DNA of 32,983 nucleotides from Chiloscyllium plagiosum (Eukaryota), in contig NW_025213803.1 in assembly GCF_004010195.1 (NCBI RefSeq), forward strand, positions 1-32,983, given 5' to 3'. A program made the position numbers and the translations under genes. This document shows positions 31,884 to 32,983 of this stretch, piece after piece. Position 1 is the stretch's first letter; every line of letters begins with the position of its first letter. Below the pieces are notes generated by a model. That model searched no databases and was not told the DNA's origin. It saw only the letters and a list, made by a program, of their open reading frames with translations.

Positions 31884-32910
31884 CATAGAGATGTACAGCA
31901 CAGACACAGACCCTTCAGTCCAACTTGTCCATGCCGACCAGGTATCCTAAATTAATCTCGTCCCATATGCCAGCACTTGGTCCACAGCCTTCTAAACCTT
32001 TCCCAATCACATATCCAGTGAGATGCTTTTTAAATGCTGTAACTGTACCAGCCTCCACACTTTCTCTGGCAGCTCATTCCATACACGTGCCACGTTCAGC
32101 TTGAAACTTTGCCCCTAATATCCCTTTTCAATCTTTTCCCTCACGCCTGTGCTTTCTAGTTTTGGACTCACCTAAACAGGAATAAGACCCTGGCTGTTTA
32201 CCCTATCCATGCCCCTCACGATTTTATCAACCTCTATGGTCACTCTATGGTCACCTCTCAGCATCCGATTCTCTAGTGAAAACAGCCTCAGTCTATTCAG
32301 CCTCTCCCTATTGCTCAATCCCACAACCCTGGCGACATCTTTGCATCTCTTCTGATTCCTTTCAAGTTTCACAATATCATTCCGATAGAGGGGAGACCAG
32401 GACTGAAAGCAGAATTCCAAAAGTGGCTGAATGAATGTCCTGTACAGCCGCAAAATGACGTCACAACTCCTGCACTCAATTCACTGACCAATAAAGGCAA
32501 GTACACCAATCACTTTCTTCACTACCCTGCCTATCTATGATTCCACTTTCAAGGAACTATGAACCTGCACTCCAAGATCTCTTTGTTCACCAACACTCCC
32601 CAGGACATTCCCATTAAGTGTAGAAGTCCTGCCCTGATTTGCTTTTCCAAAATGCAGAACCTCACATTTATCTAAATTAAACTGCATCTGCCACTCCTCA
32701 TCGCATTTGATCGGAGTCTCATTGCACTCTCAGGTAACTTTGCTGTCCACTGCACCTCTAATTTTGGTGTCTATTGTAAACCTACTAACCATAGCTTCTA
32801 TATTCACTTAGAAATCATTTATATAAATGGCAAAAAGCAGTGGACCCAGCACCCAACCTGACAGCATATTGCTCATCACAGGCTTCCATTCCAAAAAGCA
32901 CCCTCCATTA
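31884..32910 (-). mobile_element. CR1 3' portion (RT C-terminus to tail), decayed
   Basis: MRLYRTFIQPLLEFCFQSWSPLYRNDIVKLERNQKR..RERLNRLRLFSLENRMLRGD..; upstream GSVLGPLLF..YINDF-like motif near 32810-32855; tail near 31884. Confidence 0.9.
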
Positions 32911-32983
32911 TGACACTGACTGCTCAGCAAGGTTAGAGCTCATGGAATACAGGGAGAACTAACCATTTGGATACAGAACTGGC

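Overview
Repeat-rich vertebrate genomic DNA, almost certainly from a shark. The evidence is HE1-like V-SINEs with (TCTAA)n tails, HER1/CR1 LINE fragments and Penelope-like element (PLE) ends; a bamboo/carpet shark draft assembly is my guess. There are three N gaps and no intact protein-coding gene. (1) ~245-7905, minus strand: a decayed class I (gamma-like, HERV-I-like pol) endogenous retrovirus, gag-pro-pol-env. It has no visible LTRs and carries internal deletions. It retains an MuLV-type gag UAG readthrough signal (8-nt spacer plus pseudoknot). It is interrupted by a SINE, a PLE end and a 1.93-kb chimeric CR1/Gypsy/CR1 insertion. (2) ~7905-15250: AT-rich sequence with old SINE, LINE and PLE fragments. 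(3) ~15500-31000: remnants of a C2H2 zinc-finger gene cluster. These include two finger-array pseudogenes, several copies of a shared leader exon, promoter-like motif clusters, a head-to-head inverted duplication and a 1.55-kb tandem duplication. (4) Several PLE termini carry minimal hammerhead-ribozyme-like cores, all mutated in these copies, and a decayed PLE GIY-YIG region lies at ~28.6-30.7 kb. Family assignments come from motif recognition only; no database search was run.
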